From positions 1 to 55,569 of IMG/VR virus record IMGVR_UViG_3300044644_002107: a stretch of 55,569 nucleotides of DNA; one strand, written 5' to 3'. The position numbers and the translations under genes were made by a program. The notes beneath the pieces were generated by a model. It saw only the letters and a list, made by a program, of their open reading frames with translations. It did no database searches and had not been told where the DNA came from. The DNA is from a virus. Taxonomy: Duplodnaviria; Caudoviricetes. Shown here in pieces: positions 9,304-19,223 of this stretch; within the stretch, counting starts at the first letter, position 1; the number at the start of each line of letters is the position of its first letter.

Positions 9304-11589
9304 ATGCCTTCTACGATTCTCCATAAGAGAAACGACACGCCAGGACATGCTCCTTCAACTAATTCGTTGAGCGCCGGAGAGCTAGCGATGAACGTTACAG
9401 ATGGAAAGTTGTTTATCAAAACAACTAACGACGATATTCGTTCGTTTTCTAATGATAGCCAAGTTCCTTACACTTTAGACAAAACACTCAGTTCTGTTGA
9501 ATTTCAGTATGGAAACAATTCAATAACTCAATCGTTTGGAGCGGTGTTGGGAGGATACAATAACGATATTTCTGGAGCTGGTTCAACTGTAATCAATGGA
9601 GAAGATAATGACATTGCCGGAGACTTTGCTCTTATAGGAGGAGGGTATAAAAACAAAATTACATCAGCTGGAGATTACTCAGCAATATTGGCCGGCAGCA
9701 ATAATTTAATTTCTCACGAAAACAGCTTTGCTATAGGGTCTAATTTAAGCTCGCATTCAGCCAATTTTGTTTATGTAAACAACCTAAGTGCTGAGAACGC
9801 CATATATGGAGACGGAGAGGGTATAACTAATCTTAATGCAACAAATCTTAAAAGTGGTACAATAGACGCTGCTAGACTTCCAATATTTAATGGTGATATA
9901 ACAGCAGACACTTCAGCTGGATCTGTAAGTGCTACGGTAGTAGCTATTCAAGGGGAACCAATATCTACTCAAACTCCAAACATTGGCCAGGTATTGCAAT
10001 GGACCGGAACTGCTTGGACTCCAGGGGCAATTACAACAGGTGGTTCTGGTGGTGGGGGGTTAGTTTATTATTTAAATTTTGAAAATCAAGCACAAGCCCC
10101 AACAACAAATCTCCCATCTACTCCTCATACACCAAGAGAGCTTGGAGCAGAAGGAACTATAGCATCTTCTTCTGTTACAAAAAATAACGTTTCAACAACA
10201 GGCTATGACTTAATTTGTGGATTTGTTTCTTTAACTGGTTCGCCTGGTTCAGTAACAATACCAGCAGGTCTGTGGGATTTTAATATATGGGCAAGTGCTA
10301 CTTCGACTACAACGAACCAAACGAGTTTATTGCTAAATGTATACAAGTATGATGGCTCGAACACTCCTACATTAATTGCATCTTCTGGAGATATCTTTGT
10401 GTATGATCCGATTACGACTGCTCAATATATTGGTTCTGTAGTATTTCCTCCAACAACACTTTTAGAAACAGATAGAATATACATTGAATTAACAGCTAAA
10501 GCAACCCAACATAATAAAAACATTACAATTTATTTTGGAGGAACAACACCGACTCATGTTCATACTACCTTTCCGAGTGTGCGTGGTTCTGGGTTAGTAA
10601 AAGTTATTAATGGTGTTTATCAGTCTCCAGCTTCTTTATTAGTTAACACAGACGTAGCAGCTAATGCCGCTATTGATCAATCTAAGATTAATGGATTAAC
10701 TGATGTAGCTGATAAAGCTAATTTGGTATTCACTACAGTACAAACAAATTCAGCAAATTGGGAATCTGTATATACAACATTTAAAACCACAAGTGCTGAT
10801 TTCGCTGTAGGTACAATTACAGACTATTTACCTTTAAGTGGTGGTACGATAAGTGGAAGTTTACATGTAACCCAAACACTAAGTTCTGCTTCAACAGTTT
10901 ACTCCCAAGAATTTGCTTACAACAGTACTGAAAGACCAGACCTAACAGGGGTTAAACAAGCATTAGACGAATTACTTTACACATTACCAGCCTTTAATAG
11001 TTTAACTGTAAATGGAGGAAACACATTAGAAGTGGGACAGTCCATAAGCACACCAACTATTTCTTGGACAACAAACAAAACATTTAATTCATTTACCTTA
11101 ACATTCCCTAACGGAACTACATCAAGTGGAAATGGTTCATTTTTATCAACAGGCGATCCAAGTTCATATACGTTTTCTTCATCAACAGGATCAAAAACAT
11201 GGTCTGTACAAGGTTCAGATTGGAAATCAGCAACAGCAAATAGATCAACTACTGTAAATTGGTATTATAAAGTTTATATGGGAGCTTTTAATACAACAAC
11301 ACCATCATCATCTGATGTTTTAACAAATACTCAACATAGTTCATTAGGATCAACAAGAACAACTCTCGGTTCGAAATCTATTACTTTAAGTAATGAATAT
11401 TTTTATGTGGCATATCCTGCTGCATTTGGAGTTACTTCTCAATTGAAAGTAAATGGTCTTAATTTTACTGATATAGCATCTGTTTATACAATAACCCCGT
11501 TTACAAATTCTTCTGGAGGAACTGCGAGTTATTATGTTTATAGAACAAATAATAAGTTAACAGGAACATATACAATGGAGGTCTTATAA
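9304..11589 (+). CDS. Modular tail-fibre/decoration protein
   Basis: N-terminal ILHKRN...GELAMNVTDGKLF, GG.xN repeats like a YadA head, NSANW motif, C-terminal YFYVAYPAAFG...YYVY domain. Confidence 0.75.
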   Translation: MPSTILHKRNDTPGHAPSTNSLSAGELAMNVTDGKLFIKTTNDDIRSFSNDSQVPYTLDKTLSSVEFQYGNNSITQSFGAVLGGYNNDISGAGSTVINGEDNDIAGDFALIGGGYKNKITSAGDYSAILAGSNNLISHENSFAIGSNLSSHSANFVYVNNLSAENAIYGDGEGITNLNATNLKSGTIDAARLPIFNGDITADTSAGSVSATVVAIQGEPISTQTPNIGQVLQWTGTAWTPGAITTGGSGGGGLVYYLNFENQAQAPTTNLPSTPHTPRELGAEGTIASSSVTKNNVSTTGYDLICGFVSLTGSPGSVTIPAGLWDFNIWASATSTTTNQTSLLLNVYKYDGSNTPTLIASSGDIFVYDPITTAQYIGSVVFPPTTLLETDRIYIELTAKATQHNKNITIYFGGTTPTHVHTTFPSVRGSGLVKVINGVYQSPASLLVNTDVAANAAIDQSKINGLTDVADKANLVFTTVQTNSANWESVYTTFKTTSADFAVGTITDYLPLSGGTISGSLHVTQTLSSASTVYSQEFAYNSTERPDLTGVKQALDELLYTLPAFNSLTVNGGNTLEVGQSISTPTISWTTNKTFNSFTLTFPNGTTSSGNGSFLSTGDPSSYTFSSSTGSKTWSVQGSDWKSATANRSTTVNWYYKVYMGAFNTTTPSSSDVLTNTQHSSLGSTRTTLGSKSITLSNEYFYVAYPAAFGVTSQLKVNGLNFTDIASVYTITPFTNSSGGTASYYVYRTNNKLTGTYTMEVL

Positions 11590-11590
11590 T

Positions 11591-12370
11591 ATGGCAAATA
11601 TACCTGGTACAATTTTAGCTGCAATGATCTCCCCTGGAGATACTACTGCAACATTTGCCACACACGAAGACATATACGGTAAAGGCGGATTAATGACTTT
11701 TACCTACTTGTCTTCTCTATCTAGTATACCACTAGATAGACAAAAAATTGGTATGCTTGTTTATATAAACGAAACAAGTGAGTATTATAAAGTTAACACA
11801 ACCGCATCTCCTTTAACAGATTATTCTATATTTGAAAACGGAGATATAGAAGTTAGTACGCTTGTAAGAACAAATTCTGCAAACTGGGATGCTGCATACA
11901 GTTCTGCTGGAGCAGATTTACAAGTTAGAGCTTTAACAGGTAACTGGGAATCTACATATACAACAGTTCAATCTAATAGTGGGAGCTGGAATTACCAGGG
12001 TACCGATTTAAAAGGCCTTTCTGCTAATTGGCAAACGGCATATGCTTATGTTAGTGCAAATTCTGTAAATTTAACAGCTACTAACATTTTTGTAAATAAT
12101 AATCTAACAGTAACAAATACCGTTTCTGCAAAATACTATCAAGGAACTTTAATTGATTGGATGACATTAGTTAGAGGTTATAAAACAACACCAACATTAT
12201 TAGCAACAATAGGAACTGGAGAAGTATATACATATGTATATGCAACTACGGGAACCGATAAAACGTATTATAGATACATAGCAACCAATGGAAGTGAAGA
12301 TTCTTTCTATGGAAATTTCTCTAATCCGACGCTAAGTAATCTGATAACAACCAAAAAAATAATTTTATAA
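11591..12370 (+). CDS. Fibre-associated virion protein with NSANW repeats
   Basis: N-terminal ATH..YGKGG...DRQKIGMLVY domain and four W-containing heptad-like repeats. Confidence 0.7.
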   Translation: MANIPGTILAAMISPGDTTATFATHEDIYGKGGLMTFTYLSSLSSIPLDRQKIGMLVYINETSEYYKVNTTASPLTDYSIFENGDIEVSTLVRTNSANWDAAYSSAGADLQVRALTGNWESTYTTVQSNSGSWNYQGTDLKGLSANWQTAYAYVSANSVNLTATNIFVNNNLTVTNTVSAKYYQGTLIDWMTLVRGYKTTPTLLATIGTGEVYTYVYATTGTDKTYYRYIATNGSEDSFYGNFSNPTLSNLITTKKIIL

Positions 12371-12373
12371 TTT

Positions 12374-15300
12374 ATGGCATTTTCAGCACCTTCAGGAGGA
12401 GTAATAACACAAACAGGCAGAGACTTAAATTTTTCAGGTCTTGCGGGGAACGCAGGGGTTACAAGAACCGTAAATAGTGGTATAACATATTATGATTTTG
12501 GATTAAATAGGTTAGCTGTCCAAGGAACTGTTTTTCATGACCCCGAAAGAGAAGTTTTAATTTTCCAACATAACGCTACTAGTGTAGCTTCCGACGTATC
12601 ATGTTTGTACATATATAAAGCCGTAGATACTTGGATAGTTCCATCGTGGTCTAGAGATGCAGAGGGATATTTGGTTGTCGGTAGAGTTTCCCATGGGTAT
12701 TTGGCTGGTGATGCTATACATATACGAAGTACTAATGTAGGTGCTGTTAATAGAATACACAGGGTTCGTTCCGCTACAACAAATACCATTACTCTAGATA
12801 GTTCTATCTCATACCCTACACCAACTATAAATGTAGGTCAAATGGCTACCCTTCCACGTGCATGTTACAATTATGGAAAAGAAGTCACTACTTCTGGAAG
12901 AACTCGTTATGCAAAAGGAACTGGTATGTTTTTTACTGGATCAAGTACCACGATTTGGAATCCAAATGAATCCGCTATATCTTGTACTGCAACCTCCACG
13001 GCAGGTGGATTTTTTTGGGCAAGAGGCGGAAGCATTGTAAGTAACCGTCCTTTTAATCTTCAAGGTGCTCTTGATGTAGTTGGAACACAATTAATTGGAA
13101 CCAGACAAGTTGAAAATAGAGGGTTTGGTTATGGGATTATTGCAGATACAACTATATCAAGCGTGGATACATCAGATCTTAGAGCATTGACTGATCCGGG
13201 GTTTGTAGTGGAACAAGGTTCATTTTTTGAAACCGCAGCAGATCCATATTTTGAACTAAAAATTTTTAATTTAGATGTATCAAAAAACGCAAGAACTGTT
13301 GACATAGCTCATGATTGGTCGTCCACATATCCACATAGAGATTGGGTTATAATAAATTCAGTAAACGGATCTAATATAAAATCTATGTGGCGTAATGCTT
13401 CTACATCTCAAAGAGGAGGTTGTGTTGTTAAAAAACAAGTATCTTTTAATATAAAAGATACCAGCAATACTGCAATTTCTGGAGCAAAAGTTTATCTAAT
13501 AGATAACCCATCTGCTTATGCTAAGAACGTAACGTTCCCTAAACCCACCAATTTATCTTTTCAATACTACAACGGGGCTGGTAGCGAGTCTGGTGGAGTA
13601 TATGATGCAGTCAATGGTACAATGACGTACAATCTTACTGGTGCAATAACTTATCAAAAAACAACTGATTCCAGTGGCAATATTGGAACATTTAGTGTAA
13701 CTACAGCCTATCAATTTTTAGAATATGATTCGAATCAGTCTAGTGCATTAAGTGCAAACGGTGGTCCATATAATATTCCAAAATTTGTTGGTGGTCTTTG
13801 GCAAGAAGCAGATAATCAAAATCCCACACTTCAAGATTGGGATACAACTAGGTTTGGTGGTTTCTATAAAGTAGATCGTAGATCAAATAGTAACACAGAT
13901 GCTGATGACTTTACATTTAAATTTTGTTCATATAGACACTCCTTAGCTAATTCTATACAAGCATTAAAAGGAATTGGTGTATTATCAGTAAATTGGGTTT
14001 TATTTAATGATGCTACTATTACTGAAACAAATAAAACAATTGTTGATGCTTATACAACAATCGATACTCCAGAAAAATTTTATGATAGAGCAAAGTCATA
14101 TTTATATGATAACTTTGCAGGACAAACTTCTACATTAGTTACAAGAAATGGTAACGTTATAAATGTTGGTAGTTATAATGTTGTCATAGACACACTTGCT
14201 GCTAGTGCTTTTGCGTTCGATGGTACAACACTTACTATTAAAGCTGACAATTTTGTAGGTACAATACAGACAACTGGTACGCTTACCCTTTTAAATGGAG
14301 CATTTAATACCGACCCTCGATATATAGATTTAACTTTAGATGGTGCATCTATTGCAATATATGATGATGTTGGGGCGTTAAGATACTATACCTCTACTGA
14401 TCAAAATATAACATTACCATTAAGTTCTACTGGATTGTGGACTTACAAATATGCAAAATATGGATATAAATTGGGACAGGGATCATTTACAGTCAATGGT
14501 GGTGTTATTGAATTAACCCCAATATCTATACCAGATGTATATGTTTCTGATACTGTAATAAATGTGTCAGCATACAATACATTTTATAAAACTCAGCAAA
14601 TTTATGATTATCTTTCATACTACAGAACAACAAGTGCCGGTTTAGATTACGGAGATTTAAATTCTTACATTTCTACATTGGATATTGGTTCTAAAAATAT
14701 TATTCTTTTTGATTCTGCTTCGCCAGTGTTTAGTTATGATGGTTCTACATTCACTTTAAATACATTGAATCTATCTGGTGCAGCAATTACAACATCAGGT
14801 ACGATAAGTTTATCTGGTAATAGTTCAATTTCTGATATTACATTAACAACAGATGTAATAGATCAAACTCCAGCAGATTTAACTAATGTTGATATCAATG
14901 GCACTTTAGCTTATAATACCGATTCTCCAGCATCTATTACATATACTAATACAACGGTATCTACTGTAGTTAACAATGGAACGGGAACTGTTTTAATTCA
15001 AAGAATTAATTCCAGTATTAATAATGCAACTGATCCAGAGATTGATGATTATGCACCGACAATTATAAATGTAACACCAAACGGAGGCAGTGTTGCAATT
15101 TATAATAACTTAGGCGTAAGACAATATTTTATTAAAACTAATTCAACTGTAGTTCTTCCTTTTGATGCTACAGGTACGTGGTCGTATAAAGTTGCAAAAT
15201 ACGGTTTTGATTTAATAAATCAACCATTTACTATAAATTCATCTACTGGTGCAACAATTAACATTGTTCCAAATTATATTCCGGATAACTTTATTGATGC

Positions 15301-15961
15301 ACTTGAAGCTAATGTAGCAAATTATACCGATTTAAATAATGCAAATCAAATACATGATTATTTGATGTATTTTCAAACTTTATCAACAGGTATTGATTTT
15401 GGTGATTTAGAATTTGAAACATTTGGAACTATCACATTTACTAATGGTCTTGCATTGAGTGCAAATGCTTCTTCTATGGTATCCTTGTCAGGAAGTACTG
15501 TAATATTAAATTCAACTTATTTGACTGATGATATCACATTAGTTTCAACAAACGGAAATATCACACAACACAATGGAAATACAATTTCTGATGGTATTAA
15601 ATTGAGAGCAAATAATCTTGATAGTGAAATTTATTTTAATACCGTTGATTCAATTACATTTTATCCAAATGCAACAGACAGAGATAATAACGTTAACGGC
15701 AACATTACACTAACGAGTGCTACAATCTATAGATTTAAATATGGATCTACGGTAAGTGGTATAACATTTACAAATTATGCATATGCAAGAGTTACGGTAG
15801 GAGGAGCTACATTATTAGTTGCTACTCCAATTGCTCTCGGTACTAATACAATTGATTTTGGTGTCACTGGTAACTTGCAAACTCTTAACAATAATTTAAG
15901 AATCGTTAATACTGGTGTACAGAAGTCGAGTATATTGGTTCCACATACAACTAATATTTAA
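12374..15961 (+). CDS. Large (1195 aa) virion structural protein with internal duplication
   Basis: T/S/N/G-rich. Two copies of a module IAIY...TG.W.YK.AKYG...QI.DYL.Y. Confidence 0.7.
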   Translation: MAFSAPSGGVITQTGRDLNFSGLAGNAGVTRTVNSGITYYDFGLNRLAVQGTVFHDPEREVLIFQHNATSVASDVSCLYIYKAVDTWIVPSWSRDAEGYLVVGRVSHGYLAGDAIHIRSTNVGAVNRIHRVRSATTNTITLDSSISYPTPTINVGQMATLPRACYNYGKEVTTSGRTRYAKGTGMFFTGSSTTIWNPNESAISCTATSTAGGFFWARGGSIVSNRPFNLQGALDVVGTQLIGTRQVENRGFGYGIIADTTISSVDTSDLRALTDPGFVVEQGSFFETAADPYFELKIFNLDVSKNARTVDIAHDWSSTYPHRDWVIINSVNGSNIKSMWRNASTSQRGGCVVKKQVSFNIKDTSNTAISGAKVYLIDNPSAYAKNVTFPKPTNLSFQYYNGAGSESGGVYDAVNGTMTYNLTGAITYQKTTDSSGNIGTFSVTTAYQFLEYDSNQSSALSANGGPYNIPKFVGGLWQEADNQNPTLQDWDTTRFGGFYKVDRRSNSNTDADDFTFKFCSYRHSLANSIQALKGIGVLSVNWVLFNDATITETNKTIVDAYTTIDTPEKFYDRAKSYLYDNFAGQTSTLVTRNGNVINVGSYNVVIDTLAASAFAFDGTTLTIKADNFVGTIQTTGTLTLLNGAFNTDPRYIDLTLDGASIAIYDDVGALRYYTSTDQNITLPLSSTGLWTYKYAKYGYKLGQGSFTVNGGVIELTPISIPDVYVSDTVINVSAYNTFYKTQQIYDYLSYYRTTSAGLDYGDLNSYISTLDIGSKNIILFDSASPVFSYDGSTFTLNTLNLSGAAITTSGTISLSGNSSISDITLTTDVIDQTPADLTNVDINGTLAYNTDSPASITYTNTTVSTVVNNGTGTVLIQRINSSINNATDPEIDDYAPTIINVTPNGGSVAIYNNLGVRQYFIKTNSTVVLPFDATGTWSYKVAKYGFDLINQPFTINSSTGATINIVPNYIPDNFIDALEANVANYTDLNNANQIHDYLMYFQTLSTGIDFGDLEFETFGTITFTNGLALSANASSMVSLSGSTVILNSTYLTDDITLVSTNGNITQHNGNTISDGIKLRANNLDSEIYFNTVDSITFYPNATDRDNNVNGNITLTSATIYRFKYGSTVSGITFTNYAYARVTVGGATLLVATPIALGTNTIDFGVTGNLQTLNNNLRIVNTGVQKSSILVPHTTNI

Positions 15962-16230
15962 AGTTCGTATCCTTCTTCTAATACTTCGTAGTTGATTACA
16001 GAATCTAATTTAAATGAACGGAAGGCACTCTTTTCAACGTCCCACACCACTACGAGATTATCGTTTTCTTTTTTGTCCCTTTTACGTTCAGTTTTAGGTT
16101 CGTAAGGCACTACGACATCTTCATGCAATGTGCACGTCATTTTTCGCTGAGCTCCGTTTGTTTTAGTAAATGTGACTCTAACGTATTTTTTCTGGAGGAG
16201 TTCAGTTAGTTTATTTTTTTCGATTACCAT
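15958..16230 (-). CDS. WYL_2/Sm-like SH3 beta-barrel protein
   Basis: VTFTKTNGAQRKMTCTL...VWDVEKSAFRSFKLDSV. Confidence 0.8.
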   Translation of the reverse strand: MVIEKNKLTELLQKKYVRVTFTKTNGAQRKMTCTLHEDVVVPYEPKTERKRDKKENDNLVVVWDVEKSAFRSFKLDSVINYEVLEEGYEL

Positions 16231-16236
16231 AAATAG

Positions 16237-16264
16237 AGCGTACCTGGGAATTAAGGTTCTTCAA
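16237..16264 (-). promoter_or_regulatory. Sigma70-like promoter, leaderless
   Basis: TTGAAG-16-TACGCT-6-ATG. Confidence 0.45.
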
Positions 16265-16287
16265 CAGTAAAACAATAAATAACTTTT

Positions 16288-16920
16288 ATGACACCGCTTT
16301 TAACTGCTACTCCGGGAACTTCTCCTACATATAATACAGGAATGGCTGAAACGTTTTCTTGGGTTCCGGTAGAAGGAGCGGGGCGTCCATTGTATGCCAA
16401 AGCAACATATCTCACGAATGCTTCAGACATAAGCATTACTACAGGAGCTCTCTCGTTGGACATGACTCCGACAAATAATAAAATTGACACTACAAACACT
16501 AAACTTAATACTGTCAACACAAAGTTAGATTCTTTAACTGCTATTCAGACTAGCAAACAAAATGAAATTATTACTTTGTTGAATAGCGTAACTGGCATGG
16601 CAATACAAGTTGATTTAAATACGAATGATTTAAACTTAAACGTCGATCAAGTTGAAACGTTAATGCAGCGTCTCACGGCTCAAATGGAAATCCAAAACGG
16701 CCAAATTGGAGTGGACGTATTAGTGCCAGGAACAACTCATACTGGCAAGTGGACAAAAATTACTGTAATTTCTGCTGCTAAGTTTCAAACGTTTGAAGCT
16801 CAAAATTCCAATACTTCAAATATAACATCCTTTGAGCTGCCTTATTATTTTAGCTTTTCTGCTCCAATTACATCATTAAGATTGGCCTATGGAGCAGTCA
16901 TTGCATCAAGAGGAATTTAA
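16288..16920 (+). CDS. Hypothetical, probable virion protein with central coiled coil
   Basis: TAAATA 6 nt before ATG; heptad-like TNNKIDTTNTKLNTVNTKLD. Confidence 0.65.
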   Translation: MTPLLTATPGTSPTYNTGMAETFSWVPVEGAGRPLYAKATYLTNASDISITTGALSLDMTPTNNKIDTTNTKLNTVNTKLDSLTAIQTSKQNEIITLLNSVTGMAIQVDLNTNDLNLNVDQVETLMQRLTAQMEIQNGQIGVDVLVPGTTHTGKWTKITVISAAKFQTFEAQNSNTSNITSFELPYYFSFSAPITSLRLAYGAVIASRGI

Positions 16921-18113
16921 ATCTTTGGCTTGAGGCGCCCAGTTGCTTTTATTTTTCCTGAAACAATTGTAGTTTTAGATTTGTCTGCTAATTCCAAGGA
17001 ATAAGGATTATTCTCATCAATATACTCAATTCCTTCTGTTGATAACTCTACCATTGGTTCTGGAGTTGAAGTAGGTGTTGAAGTCGGAAGAGGAATCTCG
17101 GTTGATGTGGGATTTGGTGTTGAAGTCGGAAGAGGAATCTCGGTTGATGTGGGATTTGGTGTCGGAGTAGGAGTAGGAGTAGGTGTTAATGTTGGAAGCG
17201 GAGTCAAGGTAAGTGTTGAAGTCAGAAAAGGAATCTCAGTTGATGTAGGAATTGGTGTCAACGCTGGAGTAAGAGACGGGGATGGGGTTAATGTTGGTTG
17301 CATCGTCGGGAGAGGACAATCCGTAGGAGCAGGAGTTGGCTCAGGAAGAACGCCGGCAGGTTCCTTTAACGTGTTTCCTCTAGTAGCGACATTATATGCC
17401 AACACCAATGATACAGCAAGGGGATCAAACACGCAAATTAAAACACAAATAAATATTATAACCACTGTATCCAAAGGTTTATTGATTGTTTGAGCAACAA
17501 ACTTAAAGGTTCCTATGTCTTTTGCTTGAGCTATTTCTTGATTAAATTTTATAAGCTCCGCATCTTTATTAAATTTGTCTATCTGTAACGATTGATTTCG
17601 TTCGGTTAACTTTTGAATCTCCTGATTAGCTTTATCAATAGCAGCATATGCTTGCTCTCTTGGAAGTTTGTAGTTTCCGGCCTGTTGAACGCGTTCTTCT
17701 TGAGCTTTTCGAACTTCATTAAGCATTTCGATTCTTTTTGTGTTTTGCTCAACTTCGTTCGTGAGTAATTCTTTTTGAGAATTAACCATCTCAATTTGCT
17801 GATCTATTTGAGAAAATTTGGAAGAATTGACTTGATATGCAGCAGAAAGATACCCAAAAATACCCAAAGAAGTAATGCCCATTAATATTAAAACTGCTGT
17901 AATGAGATATATTTTGAGCCACCATACTGTTTTTGTCCAGTAACGATACAAATAAGAAGTAGCCACTAGCTTACCAAACTCCAACGTACCAGCCATTATG
18001 AGTACTTGATAGTAACTACCCGAAAACAAAGTTGCAATGCCTAATACAGAGAAATACCCAGCTGCACCTGCAACCGCTAAAGCACTTAACCCAAGCAATA
18101 GTATAAAAAACAT
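16917..18113 (-). CDS. Multi-pass membrane protein with coiled coil and Pro/Thr-rich C-terminal tail
   Basis: Three N-terminal hydrophobic segments, LEFGKLV, coiled coil, VFDPLAV transmembrane segment, then a PT tract. Confidence 0.75.
   Translation of the reverse strand: MFFILLLGLSALAVAGAAGYFSVLGIATLFSGSYYQVLIMAGTLEFGKLVATSYLYRYWTKTVWWLKIYLITAVLILMGITSLGIFGYLSAAYQVNSSKFSQIDQQIEMVNSQKELLTNEVEQNTKRIEMLNEVRKAQEERVQQAGNYKLPREQAYAAIDKANQEIQKLTERNQSLQIDKFNKDAELIKFNQEIAQAKDIGTFKFVAQTINKPLDTVVIIFICVLICVFDPLAVSLVLAYNVATRGNTLKEPAGVLPEPTPAPTDCPLPTMQPTLTPSPSLTPALTPIPTSTEIPFLTSTLTLTPLPTLTPTPTPTPTPNPTSTEIPLPTSTPNPTSTEIPLPTSTPTSTPEPMVELSTEGIEYIDENNPYSLELADKSKTTIVSGKIKATGRLKPKI
17055..17345 (-). repeat. 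Coding Pro/Thr repeat, including a 42-bp tandem duplication (TPNPTSTEIPLPTS)
   Basis: ggtgttgaagtcggaagaggaatctcggttgatgtgggattt occurs twice from about 17074. Confidence 0.9.
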
Positions 18114-18140
18114 ATTACAACTACTTATCGTTTAATTCTG

Positions 18141-19223
18141 TTATATATGAATAGGATATTCTAATCTGTCAAGCCACTTGCCGTTATTGTCTACTGGCCA
18201 CACCACAACTCTATGAGGCTTAGTTGTTGAGCTAAACGTAACAGTGTGTTTATTTTGCTTAAAAGTGCATATGTCGGGTTGTTCTTGTGGATTGAAGTCA
18301 CAGCGATGTATAACTGATGTTGTGCAATCCTCGATACCTACGTACCAAAAACTGTAGTCTGAAGCTTTTGTGATTTTGTCAATATCCCACGAAAATTCTA
18401 TAGTGTAATCTTTCTTATTATGTTTTGCATATAAGTGGAACTCTTCTCTCCAGTCACACTTCACTAATTCAAATAAATTTGGTTGATCGCAATAGCATAG
18501 ATCAAATATTTTCTCATCTGATCCAATAAACTTATCTTCAATGCATTTTACAACATTTTTATCAAACAACTCACATAGCCTATTAATACAAGAACCATCC
18601 AAAAAGAAAATAGTTCCTTTTAAAAATCGCATTTGAGACATGCAGTGCTCTTCCTTGGTTGTATTAGAAAGACCTTGTTCTACATAATCATTAATACAAA
18701 AGAATCTTACTTTGTTTTCTTTGAGAGTGAGCTTCGTTGGATCTGGCCATTCTGTATTGTTTACTATCCATTTTTCATCTCTAATAAATCCAGTATCAAC
18801 CCAACTAAAAAACTTAGTGTTAAATGGGTTTTGTTGAATTACATGCTTCAGGAAAAAAACTTTATTAAACATCAACACGTTGTATAACGGCTTTGTCATT
18901 TCAGGAACATTGTGATGAGTTTTTTTAACAAATTCTTCGGAACTCATCAATTTTTCTAACAACGAATTGTATCTCTTCCAAGCCTCTAGAGTTTCAATAT
19001 TACAGATATTAATAATCGTATTTTTTAATTCTGGATCTACCTTCTTTCGTTCCTCTACAATACAGTCGTAAAACTTTTCTTCTGTTTGGATGTAAAGCTT
19101 TATATTCAGAGACAACACATTTTTAAACCAATACATGTATGTATTGCTGTGTATGCCAAAGTTGTCCCAATTAGTCCTACCAATATCAAAAAAGAAAGTG
19201 CAAAATGTTATATCCATGTCCAA
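18141..19223 (-). CDS. WlaTC/HtrL-family glycosyltransferase-like protein with extra C-terminal domain
   Basis: TFCTFFFDIGR, YNVLMFNKVFFL, NPFNTKFFSWVDTG and SDEKI. Confidence 0.8.
   Translation of the reverse strand: MDMDITFCTFFFDIGRTNWDNFGIHSNTYMYWFKNVLSLNIKLYIQTEEKFYDCIVEERKKVDPELKNTIINICNIETLEAWKRYNSLLEKLMSSEEFVKKTHHNVPEMTKPLYNVLMFNKVFFLKHVIQQNPFNTKFFSWVDTGFIRDEKWIVNNTEWPDPTKLTLKENKVRFFCINDYVEQGLSNTTKEEHCMSQMRFLKGTIFFLDGSCINRLCELFDKNVVKCIEDKFIGSDEKIFDLCYCDQPNLFELVKCDWREEFHLYAKHNKKDYTIEFSWDIDKITKASDYSFWYVGIEDCTTSVIHRCDFNPQEQPDICTFKQNKHTVTFSSTTKPHRVVVWPVDNNGKWLDRLEYPIHI

Noticed and set aside
7972-11589. Diversity-generating retroelement suggested by Mtd_N-like N-termini
   Set aside because: No reverse transcriptase and no template/variable repeat pair differing at adenines was seen in this window. 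The N-terminal domain alone is not diagnostic.
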